From sequence record NC_052657.1: a stretch of 64,000 nucleotides of DNA, one strand, 5' to 3'. A program made the translations under genes and the position numbers. The notes under the pieces were generated by a model. That model saw only the letters and a list, made by a program, of their open reading frames with translations, made no database searches and was not told the origin of the DNA. Of this stretch, positions 56,481 through 64,000 are shown piece after piece. Source of the stretch: Escherichia phage muut. Within the stretch, counting starts at the first letter, position 1, and each line of letters begins with the position of its first letter.

Positions 56481-58463
56481 TTAACCACCAGTAGAAGATT
56501 GTCCACTGCTTAACTGAAGAGTTAAACCTTGTGAGAAGTTACTAAAACTGGTATTCATTGTCGCATCTAGATAATTACTAAAACCATAGCCATCTGGAAT
56601 AACATTAATCTGGAATGCGTTATCTGGGATAACAACCGTATTCTCTACACTTAATGGTACTGGAACACCTTGGCGTGGTGTTAGCATAGATGCTGTTAAA
56701 TCAGGTCTATTGTAACCGATACTAGAAGCACTTGGGTTTAAGGCACTAGTTAAGAAACTACTATCAAAGTCACCTAAAGGTTGATTTTCAGGTTTATATT
56801 GATCTCTTCCAATAGGCCAATAAGCCCAAGGATTACCACCAACCTGTGCATCGTACCCATACTGCGTACCATTATAATAATCTCTTACAGCTTCTTTAGT
56901 ATTGTTTTTTGGCCCAACCTTATTTGAAAAATCAAGGAAATATTTCGCAATTTTTGCAAGGCTACTTACAATACTACCAGACATTTCACCAAGACCACGA
57001 GCAGCTTCTTGGAAAGTTTTCATATTCTCTGCAAAATCTGGTGCAGATTTTAAACCATCCATGAATCCTATAAGTAAGTTATTGGTAAAACCTTCTCCTG
57101 CTGCACTAATTTGTGCTCTTAGCTTAACAAAATCTTGTGCTGCTTTGATGTTTTCATCGTTAAGAGTTGCTCCTGAATTTTTTAACATATCCAAGACTTT
57201 CATGTACTCTTTACCGTTATCCAAAAACATACGTTGGTAGTGCATTAAGTCATCACCAAGGTTTTCCATCAAACGACCAATTTGCGCGGAGTTCATTCCT
57301 CTTTTTTGACCTTCATTAACAAGTGCTTGAACAAAGTCTAAAGGTCTGTTCTGGAATTTAGCAACGTCTTCTTTTGACCAACCAAATTGGTTCATGATTT
57401 CATTAATACCACTATCTCCACCTTTCCATTTACCTGATTTTTCATCAAATTCAGAGTGGAGTACAGTATTACCTAAACGTTCACGAACGTCTTTAATATT
57501 GTCAATGGCTTTAATAATGCTGGCAGAGTCTACACCGTTCATCTCACCCCAAGTACGCATTGTTAAAATTGCATTAGGGTTTACCTGTACGTTCTGACCA
57601 CCTTTACTAACCATATTAATACGTTCTGCCGCAGTTGTGATACTTTCAGCTATTTTGCTTATACCTTGATATAAACCAGCACCTAAAAGAGCAGCACCAA
57701 ACATAGCAGGGTTAAGAGCAATAGCAGCATTACCTACACCAGATAGCTTACGTTGTCTATCTCGTTGTCTTGCTTCTTTCTCTCTTCTTTGCTGACGTTC
57801 GAAATCCTTTCTTTCTCTTTCTCGGATACGCTGTCTTCTTTTATCTTCTGCTTCTTGCAGACGGGCAATTCTACGTCTAGCTCTCTCTTCATCAAGAAGT
57901 TGTGCATTCTTCTCTCTATGAGATCTGCGTAGTTCTTCTAACTGTCTAGCCAAAGTATTATTCATTTGTTGGCTAGTGATTACACCTTTACGATAAAGTT
58001 CAACAGTTTCTTCTACAATCTTTTTAGATTTTTCTAGAATTCTGCTGTCTGCTTTTGTAAAAGGCATAGCTTTAAAACTAAAATCGTCTTGCTTCATATT
58101 AGCAAGTGCTGCACGTTTAGCGGCGGCTTCTGCGGCTCTTTCCTCTGGTGTCTTACGTCCTCCAGAAGATCCAGAACCACCTCTACCACTTCCTCCTTTT
58201 CCACCACCACCACTTGAACCTCCGGTTGGTGGGATTGGTGGAGGATTACCGCCGCCAAGACCTGACATTTGCTGCCTTATTCTTTTAGCATACTCTTCCA
58301 TACTTTTAAACTGACGACGCATTTTAGTCATATTTAAAGATGGTTCAATAGATTCTGTAAAAGTTTTAAGGTTTTTAATTGCGTCTTTAGTATTTTTTAA
58401 ACTGTCTTTATCTACAGTAAACGTTACTGTATTCTTAATCTTGGAAGTGTTAATTTCTAACAA
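56481..58463 (-). CDS. tail tape measure protein
   Basis: 660 aa; Gly/Pro-rich region, coiled-coil RRQR repeats, hydrophobic segment; follows chaperone pair. Confidence 0.65.
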   Translation of the reverse strand: MLEINTSKIKNTVTFTVDKDSLKNTKDAIKNLKTFTESIEPSLNMTKMRRQFKSMEEYAKRIRQQMSGLGGGNPPPIPPTGGSSGGGGKGGSGRGGSGSSGGRKTPEERAAEAAAKRAALANMKQDDFSFKAMPFTKADSRILEKSKKIVEETVELYRKGVITSQQMNNTLARQLEELRRSHREKNAQLLDEERARRRIARLQEAEDKRRQRIRERERKDFERQQRREKEARQRDRQRKLSGVGNAAIALNPAMFGAALLGAGLYQGISKIAESITTAAERINMVSKGGQNVQVNPNAILTMRTWGEMNGVDSASIIKAIDNIKDVRERLGNTVLHSEFDEKSGKWKGGDSGINEIMNQFGWSKEDVAKFQNRPLDFVQALVNEGQKRGMNSAQIGRLMENLGDDLMHYQRMFLDNGKEYMKVLDMLKNSGATLNDENIKAAQDFVKLRAQISAAGEGFTNNLLIGFMDGLKSAPDFAENMKTFQEAARGLGEMSGSIVSSLAKIAKYFLDFSNKVGPKNNTKEAVRDYYNGTQYGYDAQVGGNPWAYWPIGRDQYKPENQPLGDFDSSFLTSALNPSASSIGYNRPDLTASMLTPRQGVPVPLSVENTVVIPDNAFQINVIPDGYGFSNYLDATMNTSFSNFSQGLTLQLSSGQSSTGG

Positions 58464-58482
58464 GGGTAATCCTCCGTATTAC

Positions 58483-59240
58483 TTATGAATCTGGAATTAA
58501 TTTTTTCATAGCCGTATCCAGTTCTCTTATTGTTCTCTGTTGACCACGTTTAATATCCGCATCTTTAACGTGAAGATCTTGTACATAATCTTCGAATGTT
58601 AAATATTCATAAATTTTAAGTAGATAATCTACACCATAATTATCTAACGAGGACAAGGTTTCGGAGGTATTCTTAATTACCTTACAAAGAATTACTTCAT
58701 ACCATGTCAAGCTAAGGGTTTGTGAGGCAATTTCAATTGCTGATTTAATTGCCGGACTTAACTCTTCGCTAGAGTCTCTATTCCTTGAAATTGGGTCAAC
58801 AGTTTTCCGAAACCTCGTTTGAAAAAAGGGGCATAGTTCACCTCAAGAACTTTTGCAGCTAAGTCAACAACTAATTCTGGGTGAGCAAAAAACAATTCAT
58901 CAAAATTATCGGAAACACTGTGACCTGCTTCTGTGTAAACTTCATCTAAAATTTTACGTAAGAATGCGGCTAAGTTTTTTTCTTCCAGACCACTGAATAA
59001 CTGGATCAGCGCCATAGCAATACGAGCTTCTAGATCTTCATCTGCTGACATAAGAGCAGTATTATACATTGTCATAGGAACAGCTAGTACACTACCTAGT
59101 TCTGGAATCCTTTCAAAAACTTTAGTTGGACTCCACTTGAGAACTCTAAATTTTACACTGCGTCCTTCATCCAGATCAATTTCAACCATTACTTCTGGAC
59201 GAGCAAATTTTGCAATAGTATTATCTTTTTGTTGTTCCAT
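58483..59240 (-). CDS. tail assembly chaperone GT-like fusion by programmed -1 frameshift
   Basis: Slippery T-TTT-TTC at 58821-58827; -1 frame open from there through the 75 aa ORF (TTG-only start) to stop at 58483. Confidence 0.5.
58758..59240 (-). CDS. tail assembly chaperone (G-like, zero-frame product)
   Basis: 160 aa ORF between tube and tape measure; slippery heptamer 61 nt before its stop. Confidence 0.6.
   Translation of the reverse strand: MEQQKDNTIAKFARPEVMVEIDLDEGRSVKFRVLKWSPTKVFERIPELGSVLAVPMTMYNTALMSADEDLEARIAMALIQLFSGLEEKNLAAFLRKILDEVYTEAGHSVSDNFDELFFAHPELVVDLAAKVLEVNYAPFFKRGFGKLLTQFQGIETLAKS
58821..58827 (-). promoter_or_regulatory. -1 ribosomal frameshift slippery heptamer (T TTT TTC)
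   Basis: On - strand C CCT TTT TTC AAA in zero frame; X XXY YYZ with X=T, Y=T, Z=C. Confidence 0.5.
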
Positions 59241-59262
59241 TATTTCCTCTCTCTTTAAAAAT

Positions 59263-59287
59263 AAAGGGCATTTCTGCCCTTTTTATT
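59263..59287 (-). terminator. hairpin/terminator between tube and chaperone genes
   Basis: AGGGCA-GAAA-TGCCCT with T/A tracts on both sides. Confidence 0.45.
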
Positions 59288-59765
59288 ACTGAATAGTTAG
59301 AGCACTAATAGAGTTAAGTGCGTTAACACCAACACCTACAGTAGAACGAAGTAGGCTTGCATCTTTAAGACCAATTACCCATTGGTTTTCTTGAATAGTT
59401 TCACCAATAGTATCGTCCGGTTGGCTTTGAATCCAACCAATTGTGCTGATATAATATCCGCGAGGGTCTTCTAGATATACGCTAAATGCTACTTGACGAG
59501 TAGAATACATCGTTTGTGCATAAGCAGCAAGAACTTCGTTTGCTGGGGAAGTACGTTGCAGTGACATTGTTAGCGTACCTAAGCGGTTACGACTAAGCGC
59601 CAAGGAAACGTCACCATCAGTACCTGAATATGGGTTGATGATATCGTTAGTTTTGTTAATAACAATTTTGGTATCTGCGGCGAAACCCCAAGGTTCCCAA
59701 CCACCCAAAGACAGGATTACTTGAGAAGGATCATAGGCCATTACGCCAGTAAGCATTTTATCCAA
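59286..59765 (-). CDS. tail tube protein
   Basis: 159 aa, directly downstream of sheath and upstream of chaperone/tape measure. Confidence 0.5.
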   Translation of the reverse strand: MDKMLTGVMAYDPSQVILSLGGWEPWGFAADTKIVINKTNDIINPYSGTDGDVSLALSRNRLGTLTMSLQRTSPANEVLAAYAQTMYSTRQVAFSVYLEDPRGYYISTIGWIQSQPDDTIGETIQENQWVIGLKDASLLRSTVGVGVNALNSISALTIQ

Positions 59766-59796
59766 AGTGGATCTCCTTTTATACTACTTTTCATAT

Positions 59797-59816
59797 AAGC
59801 GGGGTTGCCCCCGCTG
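59797..59816 (-). terminator. hairpin between sheath and tube genes (attenuator-like)
   Basis: GCGGGG-TTG-CCCCCGC; weak U tract. Confidence 0.35.
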
Positions 59817-59823
59817 CTTTTAA

Positions 59824-61230
59824 TTATGAAGATACAGTAGAGCTATTGGAATTCTGGCTATTTGCAGTGCGGTTCGTCAGAACGTTTACCTGCACTTTAA
59901 CATAGTGGAAGAATCCAGCATATACGTATTCAATAACCATACCATCAACCAAACGTGCATTGATTTGAGCATCAGTCATATCTGCACGAGATGGGATATA
60001 GATAGTAGGTTTAAGGCTTACCAGAAGTCCTGTTTCCTCTGAAGTTACTACCTCATTGGCAATAGAACCATTGTTAATACCTACTTGGATTGGGTTTGCA
60101 GTAACAGCCTGACGAATCAAAGCAAGACCAGCAGAAGTTGCTCTAACACCGCTACCAAGCATAGATTGCTGTTTAAATAGAGTGAACAGAGATTCTTCTA
60201 CGCGAGCTTTGAACCACAGAGCGTGTACCACATAGTCAACATAGAAACCACTAACCATGAAACCATCACGGTAGAACAGAACACCGTGTTCTTTACGGTA
60301 AATATTACCATTCTGTTGAACGATAAAGTTTTCTGCTGTCTGACCAAGTTTTTCAATCTCGATACCAACAAGGGTTTTACCATGCAGGGTAGTAGTACCT
60401 GGTGTTGCAGAGCAGATAGAACCAACTACAGCAGCCTCTGGGAACACTGTATCAGCGTTAGTCATCCACAATGCCATACAAGTGTTATTGTAGCCCATAT
60501 CACCTAAGCGTTCTAGAATGTTATCTTCTTCTTTAGTTAGAACACCTGGTTGCGAGGTAGAGAAGAAATACACTTTATCATGCTCTTCTACATAACCTGC
60601 TAGATCGATAATATCTTGTTCTGCGTGAGAATCAGATAGTAACCAGAACCAACTGTTTTCATAATCTGCAATTTTAGTAATATCTTCTAAGATATCATTT
60701 GCATATTCTACTTTAGTTGTGAATCCTGAACTATCCATAGTAGCGTATTTACCTGCAACTGGGGTTACAGTGATAACACTACCATCATTTGATACAGTGA
60801 AGAATTCTTTATACACTGTGTCTGCGTTGATCATTTCTGTTAAACCAACAACAATCTCTTGCGCAGTTGCAGTATCATCGGCAACAAACTTGAAGTCCTT
60901 GCTTTTTGAATTTGCTTTAATAGTGATAACGTAAGTTGCACTATCTTCAACTACTGGAGTTAGAGTCGTTTTAGAAACATCACGCTTACCGACGATAACT
61001 TGTTCTGGTGCGAACAGACCGTCAAATAGTAGTTTTGCCATTTTATAAGCTGGATCGGCAGTGCCAAAACCTGCTTGCAGAAGTGCGTCTGAAGAAGTGA
61101 AATAATCTACAAGATTGCCAGTAACGTTATGCCCTGTAAGAATTAGAGGGATATCAAACTGTGTTTCACTAATTGAAGTAGCACCGTAGGTAAGGGTTAC
61201 GGAAACTACCTTATCACGAAAAGTTGCCAT
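59824..61230 (-). CDS. tail sheath protein
   Basis: 468 aa, first gene of the sheath-tube-chaperone-tape measure order. Confidence 0.55.
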   Translation of the reverse strand: MATFRDKVVSVTLTYGATSISETQFDIPLILTGHNVTGNLVDYFTSSDALLQAGFGTADPAYKMAKLLFDGLFAPEQVIVGKRDVSKTTLTPVVEDSATYVITIKANSKSKDFKFVADDTATAQEIVVGLTEMINADTVYKEFFTVSNDGSVITVTPVAGKYATMDSSGFTTKVEYANDILEDITKIADYENSWFWLLSDSHAEQDIIDLAGYVEEHDKVYFFSTSQPGVLTKEEDNILERLGDMGYNNTCMALWMTNADTVFPEAAVVGSICSATPGTTTLHGKTLVGIEIEKLGQTAENFIVQQNGNIYRKEHGVLFYRDGFMVSGFYVDYVVHALWFKARVEESLFTLFKQQSMLGSGVRATSAGLALIRQAVTANPIQVGINNGSIANEVVTSEETGLLVSLKPTIYIPSRADMTDAQINARLVDGMVIEYVYAGFFHYVKVQVNVLTNRTANSQNSNSSTVSS

Positions 61231-61250
61231 TTATGCTCCTGTTAGAAACT

Positions 61251-61952
61251 TTATTCCAATGAATTATCCGTTGGGATATACTTAATTAATGATCCATCAT
61301 CAGTCGTCGTAAAGTAATAAGTTTTACTTCTGTGAGCAACAATGTAAATCTTATCCAAAGGAAGATCTATTGGAGTAGGATCATCGTAATCATCTCTGAA
61401 CGAATGAATGTTCATATTAATTGCTTCAATTTCGGTAGTTACTAAATCCTCAATAACCATCGTAGTATTGAATGTAAGAAATATTCTCGCTCTTTGTTCA
61501 GTTTTATCTCCATCCAGAACAGTGTTAGCCTGTGCAACATTTGTTGCAGATAAGAAGCTAATACCTTTGGAATAAAGATACTGGTATTTTAATTCATCTG
61601 CACCACGAAGTGCCGCAAGAACATAACTTAAAAGTGTCATGGGTCTTCCTCTAAAAGCCATAAGTTCTATTTCATACTTATTGTCCATTAGATAGGAAAA
61701 CACATCTTCACTAAAAGAATATTTTTGTGACCAACCACCTGAATCATCAGATGATACAATACGTAATGTCAGATATGGGGTTGTTGGTTTAACAAATGGT
61801 TTATCCATAGCATAAACCGGAAGCCCCACTAGTCTTTGTAAGAACTTAGCGATATTTAATAATATCGTATTTTCATACAATTCAATTTGTTCATAGATAT
61901 TAGCCAAAATTACCACCCTCCTCAGAATATGAATAGGTGTTATTCTGGTCAT
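61251..61952 (-). CDS. neck / tail completion protein (hypothetical)
   Basis: 233 aa ORF; start uncertain (overlaps upstream ORF by 53 nt). Confidence 0.4.
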   Translation of the reverse strand: MTRITPIHILRRVVILANIYEQIELYENTILLNIAKFLQRLVGLPVYAMDKPFVKPTTPYLTLRIVSSDDSGGWSQKYSFSEDVFSYLMDNKYEIELMAFRGRPMTLLSYVLAALRGADELKYQYLYSKGISFLSATNVAQANTVLDGDKTEQRARIFLTFNTTMVIEDLVTTEIEAINMNIHSFRDDYDDPTPIDLPLDKIYIVAHRSKTYYFTTTDDGSLIKYIPTDNSLE

Positions 61953-62316
61953 CTAGAATAGCAACACAATGTGTGTGTATTAAGAAAGATGTTCTTGTCC
62001 AGTCTTTCAAAGAATAAATGGAAAACCATTGTCCATCTATTAGTATTTGGTCAGATAATTGATCTGATCCTTGCTGGATGCCTCTGATTTCTGTTTTTGT
62101 CCAGAAGCTATATTGTGCCTTAGATCTGTATCCTTCTGGCAGTGCTTGAAGTGTTCTACCTGATATTGGTTGCAAACTTGCAGCCTCTATTGTAAAGTCT
62201 TCGTATGCTACTGTATTACCCATATTGGAAATTGGCGAATCAGGATCTTGAACATAGGTTCTTTTACGACCCTGATACGTTGTAAGATCAAGGAGAGTAA
62301 ATTGGTCTAATAGCAT
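61900..62316 (-). CDS. neck / head-tail joining protein (hypothetical)
   Basis: 138 aa ORF. Confidence 0.4.
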   Translation of the reverse strand: MLLDQFTLLDLTTYQGRKRTYVQDPDSPISNMGNTVAYEDFTIEAASLQPISGRTLQALPEGYRSKAQYSFWTKTEIRGIQQGSDQLSDQILIDGQWFSIYSLKDWTRTSFLIHTHCVAILDDQNNTYSYSEEGGNFG

Positions 62317-62360
62317 TGTATCTCCTTTTTAGTATACATCAAAAACAGACTTATTGCAAG

Positions 62361-62849
62361 TTATTTTTTAGAACGACCCTTCTTGATTTCTGATTCAATA
62401 CTGTTAATTAAGTGTCCAGTATCAATAAGAATATGAGAAGAGTAGTTACCTTTATTTCTACGGATTTTAATAGTCACAGGAGATAGTGGTCTATAACGTT
62501 GCAGAGCAATCGCTTTAGCAATAGATTCTCGTGAAACTTTTGCAATAGGTTCAAAGGCAGCTAAACCCCTTCCACGAAGTAAATAATTTCTAAACACTTC
62601 ATCAAAATGTTTAGGTATTTCTTTGCTGGCGTGGACTGCACCATCCGTTAAAAACGGACGTGCAGGAGTATTGTTTGTTTCATTACCAAATTGTTGTATG
62701 GCAGCAATTGCAGGGATAGTGAGATCTGATTCTGGATGGCGAACAGCAGTAAGAAAACCAGCATCTATTTCTATATTATCCAGAGCCAGCATTTTACTAA
62801 AATATTCATCTAACGACATATCATTGCCACGTTTGATCTCACATTTCAT
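62361..62849 (-). CDS. HK97 gp10-like tail completion protein
   Basis: C-terminal HILIDTGHLINSI resembles the gp10-family DTG motif. Confidence 0.45.
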   Translation of the reverse strand: MKCEIKRGNDMSLDEYFSKMLALDNIEIDAGFLTAVRHPESDLTIPAIAAIQQFGNETNNTPARPFLTDGAVHASKEIPKHFDEVFRNYLLRGRGLAAFEPIAKVSRESIAKAIALQRYRPLSPVTIKIRRNKGNYSSHILIDTGHLINSIESEIKKGRSKK

Positions 62850-63397
62850 TATTTATCCCTTCTGTAGTAACCAATGGGGCCATAGTTTCTGGCATACTTG
62901 ATATTTCTCGTGTGTCGATCTACACTGCCAACACCACCTAAACCATTTACTGAATTAGGATCACTGTTGACACGATCAATTTCACGAGCATCAACACCAC
63001 CAACTAATACTTTACTCGTTACACCTCTACCAGAAGTACAACCAGGTATCATCATATCACCATCAAGATATCCTTTATAGATATTTTCCCAAGGTGAGAT
63101 GTATTCTGTCTGTCCAGTACCAAAGGTTACTTCAACCTGTACTTCGCCAACTTTCTCTTTTCTAGAAAGAGCACCACCTGTCTGTGTATTATGATTTAGT
63201 ACGTCTGTATTCCACAAATATTCAAGTACAGAGATCAGACTGTTCCACAATACGGCACATTTATTGGCATCATCATTTCCTAGCACATCTATCCACGTTT
63301 GAATGATCTGTTCAATCATTGCATCAGGAAGCGTTTCTTGTGAAGGATTAAACACCAATATGCGGATCATAGGTACAAGGTCACTAGCTACAAGCAT
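62849..63397 (-). CDS. head-tail adaptor protein (hypothetical)
   Basis: 182 aa ORF, start overlaps upstream stop. Confidence 0.4.
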   Translation of the reverse strand: MLVASDLVPMIRILVFNPSQETLPDAMIEQIIQTWIDVLGNDDANKCAVLWNSLISVLEYLWNTDVLNHNTQTGGALSRKEKVGEVQVEVTFGTGQTEYISPWENIYKGYLDGDMMIPGCTSGRGVTSKVLVGGVDAREIDRVNSDPNSVNGLGGVGSVDRHTRNIKYARNYGPIGYYRRDK

Positions 63398-63409
63398 GTA
63401 AACCTCCTG

Positions 63410-63760
63410 TTACTTTTTAGTGCGCTGTGCACGTTTCTTTGCTGGTGTGTCTACTGCTTTAACTTCAATTTTATCTTGCGTTTTTAATTCTACAGGGGCA
63501 TAATCTTCATAGCTAACGAGATAGTAGCCAGGATGTTCTTCACTTCCGAAAGGATGAACCTGAATCCCTGTCTCTTCACGTAGACGAACTAAGAAGTGAA
63601 TAAAGTTACCGCCAAGGGCTACTCTACCATCTGTAGTATAGAATGACATAGGTGGAGCAACACTAAGTGTCTTACCTGCATCTAAGGCAGGAGATAGTGA
63701 AGCAAAATCCATAATCATTTCATGGTAGCTAAAATATGTTTTCAGTACAGCGTTACCCAT
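63410..63760 (-). CDS. head-proximal protein with basic C-terminus (hypothetical)
   Basis: ATG at 63760 preceded by GAGAGG; the track start 63778 contains that RBS. Confidence 0.45.
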   Translation of the reverse strand: MGNAVLKTYFSYHEMIMDFASLSPALDAGKTLSVAPPMSFYTTDGRVALGGNFIHFLVRLREETGIQVHPFGSEEHPGYYLVSYEDYAPVELKTQDKIEVKAVDTPAKKRAQRTKK

Positions 63761-63797
63761 AATCGTGTTTCCTCTCATTGTTAGTGGGACACATAAT

Positions 63798-63830
63798 AAA
63801 AAAGCCCACCCGCAAGGGGCAGGCTTTTTA
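63798..63830 (-). terminator. rho-independent terminator after a gene entering from beyond the window
   Basis: GC-rich hairpin with A tract and T tract; on - strand followed by TTTTTTATTATG. Confidence 0.6.
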
Positions 63831-63865
63831 GAATCCCGTTAAGGATTAAGCAGTAGTCAGTTTAA

Positions 63866-64000
63866 CTACCAGTTCTGGACGGGTATTAACCGCCAGCAGG
63901 GAGAATTCAGACTGTAGCTGTACAGTGCGGTGTTCAGATACCATAAAGGTATACAGATCACGAGCAACAGTGTTAGCCAGTTATCCGCTGGAGCATAGTG
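63866..64000 (-). CDS. 3' end of an upstream - strand gene (partial; possibly a head gene)
   Basis: - strand frame open from window edge to TAG at 63868-63866; locally GC-richer than the rest. Confidence 0.35.
   Translation of the reverse strand, partial: HYAPADNWLTLLLVICIPLWYLNTALYSYSLNSPCWRLIPVQNW

Noticed and set aside
36824-58463. Plus-strand ORFs inside the late - strand structural genes (for example 36824-37069, 38846-39142, 50725-51048, 56902-57240)
   Set aside because: Antisense to long structural genes with good coding character; no supporting signals.
1-64000. CRISPR array, integrase, transposase or IS element
   Set aside because: No direct-repeat/spacer periodicity, no recombinase or DDE motifs, and no terminal inverted repeats flanking any ORF; the only mobile element supported is the intein.

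Overview
This window reads as a 64 kb segment of a tailed dsDNA phage genome, AT-rich (roughly 60 percent by eye, not computed), with a likely Gram-negative host (lipobox lipoprotein, Shine-Dalgarno sites, anaerobic RNR). Positions 1-36.7 kb are + strand early, replication and auxiliary genes: a UvrD-like helicase interrupted by an intein, NrdD/NrdG, a T7 gp4-like primase-helicase, a family A DNA polymerase, an SSB-like protein, a DNA methyltransferase and four tandem glycosyltransferases. Positions 36.7-64 kb are a - strand late module of myovirus type: three receptor-binding fibre/spike genes, baseplate, tape measure, a G/GT chaperone pair with a -1 slippery site, tube, sheath and neck proteins. 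The most striking content is an auxiliary island at about 12.2-23.1 kb that combines Ter-type stress-response proteins (TerC, TelA-like, TerY-like vWA, TerD) with a translationally coupled HAD / phosphoribosyltransferase / macro-domain trio and an AAA+ ATPase. That resembles the bacterial Ter-linked nucleoside-like metabolite systems but is carried here by a phage, and is the best candidate for an undescribed phage system. All calls rest on reading the supplied ORF translations and the DNA by eye; no database search was run.
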